Part shown: piece after piece, positions 27,790-36,657 of the stretch
How the letters are laid out: every line of letters starts with the position of its first letter
Numbering within the stretch: the stretch's first letter is position 1
Assembly: GCA_955652585.1 (NCBI GenBank)
Contig: CATPBF010000009.1
Span: 1-40,580, forward strand
Direction: 5' to 3'
Source of the DNA: Candidatus Dormiibacterota bacterium
GTDB lineage: Bacteria > Chloroflexota > Dormibacteria > Dormibacterales > Dormibacteraceae
DNA: 40,580 nucleotides
Made by a program: the position numbers and the translations under genes
The notes under the pieces: model-generated
What the model was told of the DNA's origin: nothing
Databases searched by the model: none
What the model saw: only the letters and a program-made list of their open reading frames with translations

Positions 27790-28923
27790 TCATAGGCCGT
27801 ACGTCTTGGCGATGATCTCCTTCATGATCTCGTCCGAGCCGGCGCCGATGCGCCCGAGCCGCGCGTTGCGCCAGGCCCTTTCGACGGGGAATTCGTGCAT
27901 GTACCCGTGCCCGCCGAGAATCTGAATCGCGTCATCCGCGACCTCGACTGCGACCTGCGTGGCGAGCAGCTTGGCCTGGGAGATCTCCCGCACCGGGTAC
28001 TCGCCTTTGTCCCATTGCGCCGCGGTCTGGTAGACGAACGCCTGCACGGCCGCGATCTTGGTGCCCATGTCGACAAGGCGGTGCTTGATGACCTGGAACT
28101 CCGATATCGGGTGGCCGAAGGCGTGTCGGTTCTGGGCATAGTTCATGGTGTACTCGAAGGTGCGGGACGCGCCCGCGATGGCTCCGGCGGCGGCGATCAT
28201 CCGCTCGCCCTGCAGCTCCCACATGATGTTCTTGAAGCCGTCCCCCTCCTCACCGATCAGGTTGCCGACCGGGACGTGGCAGTCCTCGAACAGCAGCTCG
28301 GCCGTGTCGGACGAATGCATCCCGAGCTTCTTGAGCGTGCGCGTGACCTGGAATCCGGGCGTGCCCTTCTCGATGACAAGCAGGTTGTAACCCTTGTGGC
28401 CGCGGTCGCGGTCGGTCTTGGTGACGACGAGCGCCCAGTGGCAGCGGGCGCCGCTCGTGATGAAGATCTTCCTACCGTTGACGACGAAGTGGTCGCCGTC
28501 GCGCCTGGCGGTGGTTGTGATTCCGGCGACGTCGCTGCCGGCGTCTGGTTCGGTGATCGCCAGCGCCGCAATGTGCTCTCCGCGGATCGCGGGGGCCAGC
28601 CATTTGCGCTTCTGCTCCTCGGTCCCGAACTTGAAGACCGGAGGCGTCGCCATCTCGGTCTGGACGTCGACCGCCATGGCGAGCCCGCCTAGGCCGGCCT
28701 TCGCCATTTCCTCGGACAGAACGACGGCCGAGAAGTAGTCGCCGCCCTGGCCGCCGTACTCGGGCGGGTAGCGCAGGCCCAGGAATCCGAGCTCGCCGAA
28801 GCGTTTGAAGATGGAGTCCGGGAACGTCTTTTCCTCCCACTCCTCGAGGTGCGGCTGCACCTCGGTGGTGAGGAACTTCCGGATGTGCAGCCTGAGCTCC
28901 TCGTGGGCGTCGGTGAAGTACAT
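27790..28923 (-). CDS. acyl-CoA dehydrogenase
   Basis: Starts MYFTDAHEELRLHIRKF..., with ITEPDAGSD, an FITSG-type region and C-terminal QILGGHGY...RIGAGSDEIM. The ATG at 28923 was chosen over the track's 29007. Confidence 0.9.
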   Translation of the reverse strand: MYFTDAHEELRLHIRKFLTTEVQPHLEEWEEKTFPDSIFKRFGELGFLGLRYPPEYGGQGGDYFSAVVLSEEMAKAGLGGLAMAVDVQTEMATPPVFKFGTEEQKRKWLAPAIRGEHIAALAITEPDAGSDVAGITTTARRDGDHFVVNGRKIFITSGARCHWALVVTKTDRDRGHKGYNLLVIEKGTPGFQVTRTLKKLGMHSSDTAELLFEDCHVPVGNLIGEEGDGFKNIMWELQGERMIAAAGAIAGASRTFEYTMNYAQNRHAFGHPISEFQVIKHRLVDMGTKIAAVQAFVYQTAAQWDKGEYPVREISQAKLLATQVAVEVADDAIQILGGHGYMHEFPVERAWRNARLGRIGAGSDEIMKEIIAKTYGL

Positions 28924-29021
28924 CGGGATGGAGTGTAGGCCGGAACGTGCTGGGGCCTGCTTACGGTATGATTCGCCGCCTTGGATCCCCTTCGGGAACT
29001 GACGCACGCCTAGGAGACAGT

Positions 29022-29120
29022 TTGGGCTCGGTAATCAAGAAGCGGCGCAAGAAGATGCGCAAGCACAAGCACAAGAAGATGCTCAAGAAGACACGCTGGG
29101 CACGGCGCGCCCACGCGTAA
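29022..29120 (+). CDS. bS22-type (AURKAIP1/COX24-like) highly basic ribosomal micro-protein, 32 aa
   Basis: Not in the ORF track. A TTG start follows an AGGAG RBS (29012-29016). The translation is (M)GSVIKKRRKKMRKHKHKKMLKKTRWARRAHA*, which closely resembles the actinobacterial MGSVIKKRRKRM..KKKHRKLL pattern. Confidence 0.75.
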   Translation: MGSVIKKRRKKMRKHKHKKMLKKTRWARRAHA

Positions 29121-29132
29121 GATGACTCGCTG

Positions 29133-29795
29133 ATGCTGGGCTGGATCGTACTTGCGATCGTCATCCTCGTGGTTCTTTGGCTTGTCTTCACCTACAACGG
29201 GCTGATCTCAGCCCGGAACCGGACCCAGGAAGCCTGGTCGGAGATCGACGTCGAACTCAAGCGACGCCACGACCTCATCCCCAACCTTATGAACACGGTG
29301 CAGGGCTACATGGGGCACGAGCGCGGCACCCTGGAGGCCGTCACCAATGCCCGCGCCAACGCCGTCGCGGCGGGCGCAACCGGCGACCCGGCCAAGATCG
29401 GCGCCGCCGAGAACATGCTGAGCCAGAGCCTGCGCAGCCTGTTCGCGGTGTCGGAGAACTACCCCGACTTGAAGGCGATTACCGCCTTCACCAACCTGCA
29501 GGAGACCCTGACCGCGACCGAGGACAAAATCGAGTTCTCGCGGCGCTTCTACAACGGCAACGTCAGGGACTACAACATCAAGCTGCAGACCCTGCCCACT
29601 TCGCTCATCGCCGGGGCGCTCGGGTTCAAGGCGTTCGGCTTCTTCCAGGCCGACGAGGGTGACCGGGCGGTGCCGGTGGTGAACTTCGGCAACTCGCCGT
29701 CGGCGGGCGGCCCTCCGGGGCCAGGCTCGCTGCCTCCGGCGGCTGGTTCGGGGCCGCCCCCGATGGGCTCGTCGGGGCCTCCGCCACAGAGCTAG
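29133..29795 (+). CDS. lemA: LemA family protein with a Pro/Gly-rich C-terminal tail
   Basis: An N-terminal membrane helix, then YNGLISARNRTQEAWSEIDVELKRRHDLIPNL...ENYPDLKA...RRFYNGNVRDYN. Confidence 0.9.
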   Translation: MLGWIVLAIVILVVLWLVFTYNGLISARNRTQEAWSEIDVELKRRHDLIPNLMNTVQGYMGHERGTLEAVTNARANAVAAGATGDPAKIGAAENMLSQSLRSLFAVSENYPDLKAITAFTNLQETLTATEDKIEFSRRFYNGNVRDYNIKLQTLPTSLIAGALGFKAFGFFQADEGDRAVPVVNFGNSPSAGGPPGPGSLPPAAGSGPPPMGSSGPPPQS

Positions 29796-30835
29796 CCACC
29801 GGCTGACTTCGCCCAGTCGGAGTCAAACCGCGAGCTGTACGCCGACACGGCGCGCGGGTCCTCCGTTTCGATGTCGAGCTCGTGATTGACGCCCAACCCC
29901 GACAGCGTCCAGTTGGCAGAGCCCAGGATCAACTCGCCGTCGAAAAGTCCGATCTTCGCGTGGAGCAGCGCGCCCTTTGGGACCGGATACCAACGCACCG
30001 ATACGCCGCTCGATGAGAGCACCGCGTACGCATGGCGGTTGTAGGGCTGGTTGGGGTCAAGAAGGACTCTGACCAGCGCTCCGCGACGGTGGGCGGCCGC
30101 GAGGCCGGCAATGACCTCCGGATCGGTGAACGTATAAACCTCGACCAGCGCGCGTACTCGCGCACGTCCGAGAGCACCCTCGAGAATTGCCCTGATCTCT
30201 TCGCCCGGCGCGGTCTGGGCAATCTGCGACGGCGCCGGCGCAAGCGGCGCCGGGTGGCCTCCGGCCAGGTCCCAGTCCTGCACGAAGATGCGCGCCAGGC
30301 GCGAGATCTCTGCCTGCACGCGCGTCTCGAGGACGTAATCGTGGTTGCGGCTGCTGTGCGCGCCCCAGTTCATGCCGCCGACAACCGCCTCGCCGTCTGC
30401 GATCAAGAGCTTTACATGGTCGATCTGATGGCGCACATCATCGACCGGGTACACGCGCTCGGGTACATGGAACGTGTCGAGGAGTGCGGCCGACCGACGG
30501 CTGGCGTTCACCGTTGGATCTGTGATCACCTGCACCGCCACGCCTCGCGCATATGCCGCGCCGAGCTCGGACACGAGATCTCGCCGGCCCAATTCGTACA
30601 TTTCCACCATGACTCGGGTGCGAGCTGATTCGATGAGCTTCGCGACCAGCTGGAAGATGTCGGCGTCCTGCCACAGAGTCACGGGCTCGGGGCGCCCCGA
30701 CCCCGATGTCGGAAGCGCCCCGCCCACACCCGGCGCCTGCGCGACCTGAGCTGCGTTGGCGATCGGCGCCGCGGTGGGGGGAACCGAGCACGCCGTCAGG
30801 CCAACCGTCAGCAGCAGGAACGCAAATCGCGCCAT
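29792..30835 (-). CDS. secreted lipoprotein of the phospholipase D / Nuc superfamily (two HKD motifs)
   Basis: Starts MARFAFLLLTVGLTAC (lipobox). HKD motif 1 is HVKLLIADGEAVVGGMNW and HKD motif 2 is HAKIGLFDGELILGSANW. There is no SD before the ATG. Confidence 0.85.
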   Translation of the reverse strand: MARFAFLLLTVGLTACSVPPTAAPIANAAQVAQAPGVGGALPTSGSGRPEPVTLWQDADIFQLVAKLIESARTRVMVEMYELGRRDLVSELGAAYARGVAVQVITDPTVNASRRSAALLDTFHVPERVYPVDDVRHQIDHVKLLIADGEAVVGGMNWGAHSSRNHDYVLETRVQAEISRLARIFVQDWDLAGGHPAPLAPAPSQIAQTAPGEEIRAILEGALGRARVRALVEVYTFTDPEVIAGLAAAHRRGALVRVLLDPNQPYNRHAYAVLSSSGVSVRWYPVPKGALLHAKIGLFDGELILGSANWTLSGLGVNHELDIETEDPRAVSAYSSRFDSDWAKSAGG

Positions 30836-30846
30836 GGCGAGAACGA

Positions 30847-30890
30847 ACGGTATGGGTACGAAACAAGGGCGCCAACCCAGCCTGTTAAGG
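30847..30890 (-). promoter_or_regulatory. 17-nt box (copy C) + 21 nt + TACCGT (TAnnnT) + 11 nt + ATG of the PLD-family gene
   Basis: The minus strand reads CCTTAACAGGCTGGGTT-GGCGCCCTTGTTTCGTACCCA-TACCGT-TCGTTCTCGCC-ATG. The box begins 10 nt after the stop of the upstream DUF62 gene. Confidence 0.45.
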
Positions 30891-30900
30891 CGGGGTTAGA

Positions 30901-31671
30901 TCAGAGCAGATCCACCCGCATGCCCGGCCGCGCGCCGAGCACCCTGTCCGCGCGTGCCTCTCGAATGCCGACCTCCAGGTACCCCATGCTGCCGATGTAG
31001 ACGAACGGTTCGTTCGGACGCGCTTCCGCATAGGTCTTCGCCGAGGCGGTGATGTAGTGGTTGTGTATTCGCATCGGCCTGACTGGTGGCTTGAGGTTCG
31101 TCACGAGGTTGCCGAACCCATCGGTCCAGAGCACGCGCGGGCCTGAGTCGTCGAGCATCGTCGGCGGCGCCGTCGGGTGGCCCAGCGACTCGAGCGGCAC
31201 GCCCGACGCCAGTGCGGCGGCCGCGGGGGCGAACACATCACGTCCTTCGAAGGTCGGAGCGCCCCCCGGCACGGACGGCAGCTCCACCGCCTGCTGCATG
31301 CCCACCTCGTCGATGACGATCCCGAACAGCCCGTTGTCGGGGCCGACATAGAATCGCCCGCCGGCACGAATCACCAGCCGCCGCCGCGAGCTGCCGACCC
31401 CGGGGTCGACAACAGCCATGTGCACCGACCCGGCGCCGAAATGTCGCGTGCCCGCGAACAGCATGAACGCGCCCGCGAATACGTCGAATCGCGGGACCTC
31501 GTGACTGACGTCGACAAGTGTCGCGTGCGGGCAACCCGCGAGCACCACCGCCTTCATCGCGGCGACCAGGGGTGAGCCGGTGCCGAAATCGGAGGTGAAG
31601 GTGACGATAGGCGGCCCGGCCGGTATGCCGTGGCTACCAGTAGCGTGTCTCCTTCCAGGGATCTGCTTCAT
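30901..31671 (-). CDS. SAM hydroxide adenosyltransferase / SAM hydrolase family protein (DUF62)
   Basis: VTFTSDFG...VDVSHEVP...VHMAVVDPGVGSSRR...VGPDNGLF is the family signature. The start is uncertain: 31671 overlaps the upstream gene by 38 nt. Confidence 0.85.
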   Translation of the reverse strand: MKQIPGRRHATGSHGIPAGPPIVTFTSDFGTGSPLVAAMKAVVLAGCPHATLVDVSHEVPRFDVFAGAFMLFAGTRHFGAGSVHMAVVDPGVGSSRRRLVIRAGGRFYVGPDNGLFGIVIDEVGMQQAVELPSVPGGAPTFEGRDVFAPAAAALASGVPLESLGHPTAPPTMLDDSGPRVLWTDGFGNLVTNLKPPVRPMRIHNHYITASAKTYAEARPNEPFVYIGSMGYLEVGIREARADRVLGARPGMRVDLL

Positions 31672-32239
31672 CGTGGTATCCGCGCTGCTCCCAGAAACCG
31701 AGCCGGTTGCGATCCATGAACTCTAGCCCGCGCAACCACTTCGCCGACTTCCAGAAGTATTTCGAGGGCACGAATAGCCGTAGCGGCCACCCGTGGTCGG
31801 GCGTCAGATCCTGCCCATTCCACGCGTAGCACAACAGGTTCTGCTCAGCGTCCAGCACCTCGAGCGGGACCGAGGTTGTGTACCCGTACTCGGAGTGAGC
31901 CATGACGTACTTCGCCTCAGGCTTGGGCTTGGCAAGTTCGAGGATCTCGCGAAACGGGACGCCGGTCCAGGTGTCGCCAAGGCGGCTCCAGCCGGTGACG
32001 CAGTGGATATCCGCGACAACGTCTTTCGTGGGGAGGGCCCGAAGCTCTTTGTAGTTCAAAGTCAAAGGGTTTTCGATAGCGCCGAACACCTTGAAATCCC
32101 ATGTGCCGATTTCGGTTTTGGGCACCGGTCCGAAATGCAAGAGCGGCCAGCGGTCGGGCGCGGTGAGGGTCTGGCCGGGCGGGATGCGCGCCGGATCGAC
32201 ACCTTCGGGCACGCGCTTGCCTTTGAAGAGGAACGACAT
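31634..32239 (-). CDS. sulfite-oxidase-like molybdopterin-binding oxidoreductase (single-domain, YuiH-type)
   Basis: Starts MSFLFKGKRVP..., with FGPVP, the Mo-ligand cysteine context DIHCVTGWS, and GWPLRLFVP..YFWKSAKWL. The ATG at 32239 was chosen because the track's extension runs across tRNA-Ala. Confidence 0.85.
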   Translation of the reverse strand: MSFLFKGKRVPEGVDPARIPPGQTLTAPDRWPLLHFGPVPKTEIGTWDFKVFGAIENPLTLNYKELRALPTKDVVADIHCVTGWSRLGDTWTGVPFREILELAKPKPEAKYVMAHSEYGYTTSVPLEVLDAEQNLLCYAWNGQDLTPDHGWPLRLFVPSKYFWKSAKWLRGLEFMDRNRLGFWEQRGYHDEADPWKETRYW

Positions 32240-32341
32240 CTGGCGAGTATAGGAATCGGCGTCGCGCGGCCTCTTGTTCCCGGCTCGGAGACCAATTCGA
32301 GCCGGGCTATACTGGCCTTTCCCGTCGAGTACGTGAGCAGT

Positions 32342-32417
32342 GGGTCCGTAGCTCAATTGGGAGAGCGCTTGAATCGCACTCAAGAGGTAAGGGGTTCGAA
32401 TCCCCTCGGATCCACCA
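32342..32417 (+). tRNA. tRNA-Ala (anticodon CGC)
   Basis: GGGUCCG acceptor with the G3:U70 identity pair, D-arm UAGCUCAAUUGGGAGAGC, anticodon loop AUCGCAC, T-arm GGGGUUCGAAUCCCC and an encoded CCA. Confidence 0.9.
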
Positions 32418-32506
32418 TCCCGACCCCGACTCGGAGGAATAGTCAAGACCTGTGGATTGGCGTGCCACGATGAGGTGGCAAAATCAGTTGCAGGAAGCGC
32501 ACGAAG

Positions 32507-33166
32507 TTGTCGGAGCGATCAGGAACCCTCGCTGACGATCCTTTCAGCGGTCGGCGCCCAACCAGTCACGAACGGCTGACGGGACTGCCCTGGGATGCGT
32601 CGTACCACAACGGCCCTGCGCCTTGGGATATTGGCCAGCCGCAGCCAGCAATAGTGCGTTTGGCAGCCGAAGGCGGATTCGCCGGAGCGGTGCTCGATGC
32701 GGGCTGCGGGACCGGCGAGAACGCTCTTCACGTCGCCTCGCTGGGTTGGTCGGTTCTGGGCGTTGACGTGGCTGAGACGGCACTGGCAATCGCCCGAGCG
32801 AAGGCCGACGACCGTGGGATCGAGGTTGAGTTCGCTACGGCTGACGCATTCCAGTTGGAGCGTTTGGGGCGCAGGTTTGAGACGGTGCTGGACTGCGGAC
32901 TGTTCCACACCTTCGACGGCGACGAGCGACCAGGATACGTGGCGAGTCTAGCGTCGGTGACTGAGCACGATGGAACCCTGTATGTGTTGTGCTTCAGTGA
33001 CGATGGTCCCGATACTGGCCCACACCCCATCAGTCAGCAAGAGCTGAGAGCGGCGTTCAACCCAAGCAATGGATGGAGCGTCGCCGCCATCGAACCGGAC
33101 CGGGTTCAGACGAGAGACCACCACGACGGTGCACCGGCTTGGTTCGCGACAATCAAACGGATCTAG
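32507..33166 (+). CDS. class I SAM-dependent methyltransferase (TPMT/TehB-like)
   Basis: Motif I VLDAGCGTGENA, then VLGVDVAE and ADAF. The TTG start is uncertain. Confidence 0.8.
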   Translation: MSERSGTLADDPFSGRRPTSHERLTGLPWDASYHNGPAPWDIGQPQPAIVRLAAEGGFAGAVLDAGCGTGENALHVASLGWSVLGVDVAETALAIARAKADDRGIEVEFATADAFQLERLGRRFETVLDCGLFHTFDGDERPGYVASLASVTEHDGTLYVLCFSDDGPDTGPHPISQQELRAAFNPSNGWSVAAIEPDRVQTRDHHDGAPAWFATIKRI

Positions 33167-33206
33167 ACGCCGGTCTGGTCGGCCCGGTGAGCGATCCCGT
33201 TGATCA

Positions 33207-33563
33207 TCAGCACGCTTCCTGGTGCTCGGCCGCGACCCGCTTGGGCACGACCATCCGCCACGCATCCAGCACCAGTTCGCGCATCTCTCGTTCGTCGATC
33301 TTGTCGAGGCGGACAAGCACCCAGTGGTACCTGAGGTCGCCCCGACTGGGCAGCATGAATTTGTGTGGGTCCCCGCCCACCAACCAGTCCCGCTGTTCCT
33401 TCGGAAACCCGAAGCCCATCACCCGTTCGTCGCGCGAGAACGCCACGTAAACGATCCGGCCCACGCGGAACTTCACGCGGCCGCCCACCAGCGCCTCGCT
33501 CGTGCGCGGCAGCGTCATCGCGAATCGCCGCACCTGCTCGACACTGACGATCGAGTCGGACAC
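33207..33563 (-). CDS. MmcQ/YjbR family protein
   Basis: 118 aa. The pattern MTLPRTSEAL..G...FRVGRIVYVAF...KFMLP...RYHWVLVRLD is typical of the YjbR fold. Confidence 0.75.
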   Translation of the reverse strand: MSDSIVSVEQVRRFAMTLPRTSEALVGGRVKFRVGRIVYVAFSRDERVMGFGFPKEQRDWLVGGDPHKFMLPSRGDLRYHWVLVRLDKIDEREMRELVLDAWRMVVPKRVAAEHQEAC

Positions 33564-33656
33564 GCGGCCATCCTGGCACAGGATCGGGCGACCAACGTGA
33601 AGCGGACCGCGGCGGGCTAGGCGGTCTCCCGGCGGCCCCCTGTGAGTAGCTAGCGC

Positions 33657-34283
33657 TTACTTGAGCCTGAAAGGCGGGTACTCATCGGTCACCAGCACAA
33701 ATGCATAGCCGCTGACTCGATTGCCCCATCGAAATACGCCAACGACGAAGCCAAACAGACCCCGTGGATACGTGCCTGTGAATAGGATCGCAAACCATGC
33801 GAGGATCACCGCGGCGAGGGCGCCAATGCCCAGAAAGATCAGAACGAAATAGTGCGGGAAGGCCAGGAGCCACTTGACGATGGGCAGCCAGCGATTGAGC
33901 TTCTGAGCATCCGGATAGGCGAACTCGAGGTGGACGGCCTGCTCCTCATCTGTTGATGGATACCGATCATCGAGCAGGGCGAGGTAGGCCGAGACGCGGT
34001 TCGAAAAGCGCATGAGGTTGAGGTTCCAGTCGAACCACCAACGCGGGTACTTTTGACGAAACACGATCATCAGGACCAGCGGTATGAACACCAGCCCGCC
34101 GCCGACGGTCATGTCCGTCATCGCCTTGTTGTTGGCGTCGACCGTCTCGGTCCCCAGCGTGCCAATCACGATGAGAATCGGGATCGCGACGAAGATCCGG
34201 AACGCTGTCGTAAGCCGGTTGAGCGGCCGGGCGGGATAATCGACGTCGAACTGTACCGGGTAGCTGCTGACCATCCGCTTCAC
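33657..34283 (-). CDS. DUF4389 domain membrane protein
   Basis: Contains YPVQFDVDYPARPLNRLTTAFRIFVAIPILIV...YPRGLFGFVVGVFRWGNRVSGY...TDEYPPFRL. The likely start is the ATG at 34274, after AAGGAGAGG. Confidence 0.8.
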   Translation of the reverse strand: MKRMVSSYPVQFDVDYPARPLNRLTTAFRIFVAIPILIVIGTLGTETVDANNKAMTDMTVGGGLVFIPLVLMIVFRQKYPRWWFDWNLNLMRFSNRVSAYLALLDDRYPSTDEEQAVHLEFAYPDAQKLNRWLPIVKWLLAFPHYFVLIFLGIGALAAVILAWFAILFTGTYPRGLFGFVVGVFRWGNRVSGYAFVLVTDEYPPFRLK

Positions 34284-34326
34284 CTCTCCTTACTGAGTTG
34301 CCGGCAACCTGCTGCCGATTGTCGGC

Positions 34327-36657
34327 TCATTCCGCGTGTAGGACCTCGACCACGTTCGTGCGCGCGGCCCATCGGCCTGGGATCGTCGCCGCGGCGATCG
34401 CCACGGCCACACCCACGATCGGGATAGCGATGAGCTCCCAGGTCGCAAAGACGTCATAAAAGGATGGTGGCGTGGTGTTGCCGCCCAGGGCGCTTAGCTG
34501 GTCGAATAGCACCCTGTACAGCGCGACACCTGCCGGCACCGCGATCAGACCACCCAGCAGCGCCAGGAAGCCCCCTGAGGTGGCGACCATCGCGATCACC
34601 TGGCGTGGGCTCATGCCGAGCGTTTTGAGGGTGGCGGTGTCGCGCAAGCGCTCGCGCGTGTTCAGCAAGACTGTGTTGAAGATGCCCGCGATCGCGATCA
34701 GCGCGATCAAGCCCGCGATGCCCAACAGGACAACTGCGATCACGCTGAGGAACGCGGTGTTACCTGTGCTGGCGGCCTGGACGTCGAGCAGGTCCGGCTG
34801 CGCCGCGGCCAGCCGCCGCACGTAGGCGTCCACGTTCGAACCGGATTTGAGCGTGACCATATAGCTGGACGGAAAAAGGTCCGGGACACCGGCCGCGAGG
34901 GTCGTCCAGTCGAGCATCAGGATGTGGCCGCCTGGTCCGGAAGTGAAGTCGTAAACGACGCCCACGATTCGCAGCTTCAGGGCCGCACCATTGACCGACC
35001 CGGTGAAACTGTCGCCCACGTTGAGATGTGCGTCCTGGAGGAAGCCTCCGTTGGCCACCACCTCACCAGGACCGCTGAACCATCGACCCGAGGTCAGCAG
35101 GTAGCCGAGCGACGCCGAGTCGCCGCGAAAGGTCAGGGTGTTGACCGGATCGGCGATCCCGTGAGCGGTGATGTTTGCGAAGGCCTGGGCGACCACGCGC
35201 CCGGTCTCCGGCTGCGAGTTGATCAGCTTGGTGGTATCGGCGTCGGCGAGGGCTGGGCTCTTCGCGACGACGACATCCACCTTTCCGATGTGTCCCTCAT
35301 AGGAGTAGATCTCGTTGAAGGTTCGGGTTTCTCCCAAGGCGACGACGACGGTGGCGACGCCGAGAACGACGGCCAGCAGGGTCAGGAGCGCCCGGACCGG
35401 GCGCGCGGTAGCGTCGCCCAGACCGAGGACGACGGATCGCGGCAGCCTGGCCTGAGATGCGAGACGGCGGAGCCACCGGCCGCTGTGGCCCCGAGGCGCG
35501 GCAGCGTTGGCGATCACGATCGCGGGCTTGAGCCGTCCCGCGCGAAACGCAGGCAACAGCGCTGCAATGGTGACGATGAGCAGCGCACCGGCAAGCGCAA
35601 GCAGGCCCAAGAGGGGCGAATAGGTCGGTTGATAGGCGAGACCCAGTGCCTGCGAGTTGCTTGCCAGCAGCGGCTGGCTGAGAACCATAGCGGCTGGAAT
35701 GCCGATGACCGAGGCGGTCGCAGTCGGAACCAGGATCTGGAGCACGAAGACACCGATCACCTGCGTCGGGGTGAAGCCGACGGCTTTCATGATCCCGATC
35801 TCGCGGTACGCGGAGATGACGATCCCCGTCACGAGGTTGGCCACGATCGCCGCCGTCGCGGCGAGCGCGAAGACACTGAACGCGACCAGCACTCCGGTGA
35901 GGATCTCAGTCGAGATGTGGAAGACGGTGCGGGCAAAGATGTAGCTGATCGAGCCGGTGATGCTGTCCGGCGGAACAGAGGCGCGAAGTGTGTCCAGGTG
36001 GGCCTGCAGCTGCGCGCTGGTCGGGTCGCTGGAGAATCGGTAGTCCATCTGGTAGAAGGACGCGCCCTTGGTGGTCAGGGAGGCGAAGGCGGATTCGATG
36101 ACCCAGGCATGCTGCTGACCGCCGACGTCCGCGCGGAGCTCGTCTATATCCACGACCACGCCCACGACGGTGAGGATGGACGCCTGCGGAACGCTGAGAA
36201 CTCTGAGCCTGTCACCGAGTGACACATGGTTGAGGTCGGCGAACGACCGGGTGAGGGCAATCTCGTTACTGCTGGACGGCCAGCGGCCGCCCGTGATGCG
36301 CAGCTGCCCAACGTCGCCCCCGGGGTTGTCCCGAGCGATGGTGGTCACGGTGTACTTGTGGCCACCCGACTGAAACTGCATGTCGGTCGCGCGGTACGGA
36401 CCTGCGAATGCCGAGGCACCGATCGCGGCGGGCGTGCCCGCGAGTGCGCCCGGATCGACCTTGCCGTCGAAATCAACCACTAGGTGGGCGCCCTTCTGCG
36501 CCTCGAACGCGGTCTGGTAAGGGTCACTTGTCTGAGCGATGAGCGTCAGCGCGATCGTGCCCGTGCCGACTGCGAGCAGCGTGGTGACGAAGACGACCAC
36601 GGCCTGCAGCCGCCGCCGCCGTAGATCTCGAAAGGCTTTGACAAGGACGGCGGTCAT
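34327..36657 (-). CDS. ABC transporter permease, FtsX/MacB-type with two FtsX modules
   Basis: 776 aa with two blocks, each a large extracytoplasmic loop plus four membrane helices (REIGIMKAVGF... and RDTATLKTLGM...). Its start overlaps the ATPase stop by 4 nt. Confidence 0.9.
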   Translation of the reverse strand: MTAVLVKAFRDLRRRRLQAVVVFVTTLLAVGTGTIALTLIAQTSDPYQTAFEAQKGAHLVVDFDGKVDPGALAGTPAAIGASAFAGPYRATDMQFQSGGHKYTVTTIARDNPGGDVGQLRITGGRWPSSSNEIALTRSFADLNHVSLGDRLRVLSVPQASILTVVGVVVDIDELRADVGGQQHAWVIESAFASLTTKGASFYQMDYRFSSDPTSAQLQAHLDTLRASVPPDSITGSISYIFARTVFHISTEILTGVLVAFSVFALAATAAIVANLVTGIVISAYREIGIMKAVGFTPTQVIGVFVLQILVPTATASVIGIPAAMVLSQPLLASNSQALGLAYQPTYSPLLGLLALAGALLIVTIAALLPAFRAGRLKPAIVIANAAAPRGHSGRWLRRLASQARLPRSVVLGLGDATARPVRALLTLLAVVLGVATVVVALGETRTFNEIYSYEGHIGKVDVVVAKSPALADADTTKLINSQPETGRVVAQAFANITAHGIADPVNTLTFRGDSASLGYLLTSGRWFSGPGEVVANGGFLQDAHLNVGDSFTGSVNGAALKLRIVGVVYDFTSGPGGHILMLDWTTLAAGVPDLFPSSYMVTLKSGSNVDAYVRRLAAAQPDLLDVQAASTGNTAFLSVIAVVLLGIAGLIALIAIAGIFNTVLLNTRERLRDTATLKTLGMSPRQVIAMVATSGGFLALLGGLIAVPAGVALYRVLFDQLSALGGNTTPPSFYDVFATWELIAIPIVGVAVAIAAATIPGRWAARTNVVEVLHAE

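Noticed and set aside
29792-29795. Shared CTAG where the lemA stop and the PLD-gene stop overlap. Similar convergent overlaps occur at HIT/amidohydrolase (26238-26296) and DUF559/gatD (14050-14129).
   Set aside because: Convergent 3' overlaps of this size are common in compact high-GC genomes, where stop codons are rare on the antisense strand. They are noted only as context.
32240-32446. N-terminal extension of the molybdoenzyme ORF
   Set aside because: It runs antisense across tRNA-Ala (GIRTPYLLSAIQALSQLSYGP is the reverse translation of the tRNA). The ATG at 32239 gives a full-length YuiH-type protein.
34924-36222. 432-aa plus-strand ORF. The same reasoning covers 38025-38987 (+), 12289-13365 (-), 9926-11008 (-), 16298-17179 (-), 19350-20300 (-) and 26173-26985 (-).
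   Set aside because: All lie antisense to, or out of frame within, confidently identified genes (ABC permease, asnB, lon, the lipoprotein, ispE/gamma-CA, comEC, amidohydrolase). Their sequences are R/G/A/P-rich and low in information.
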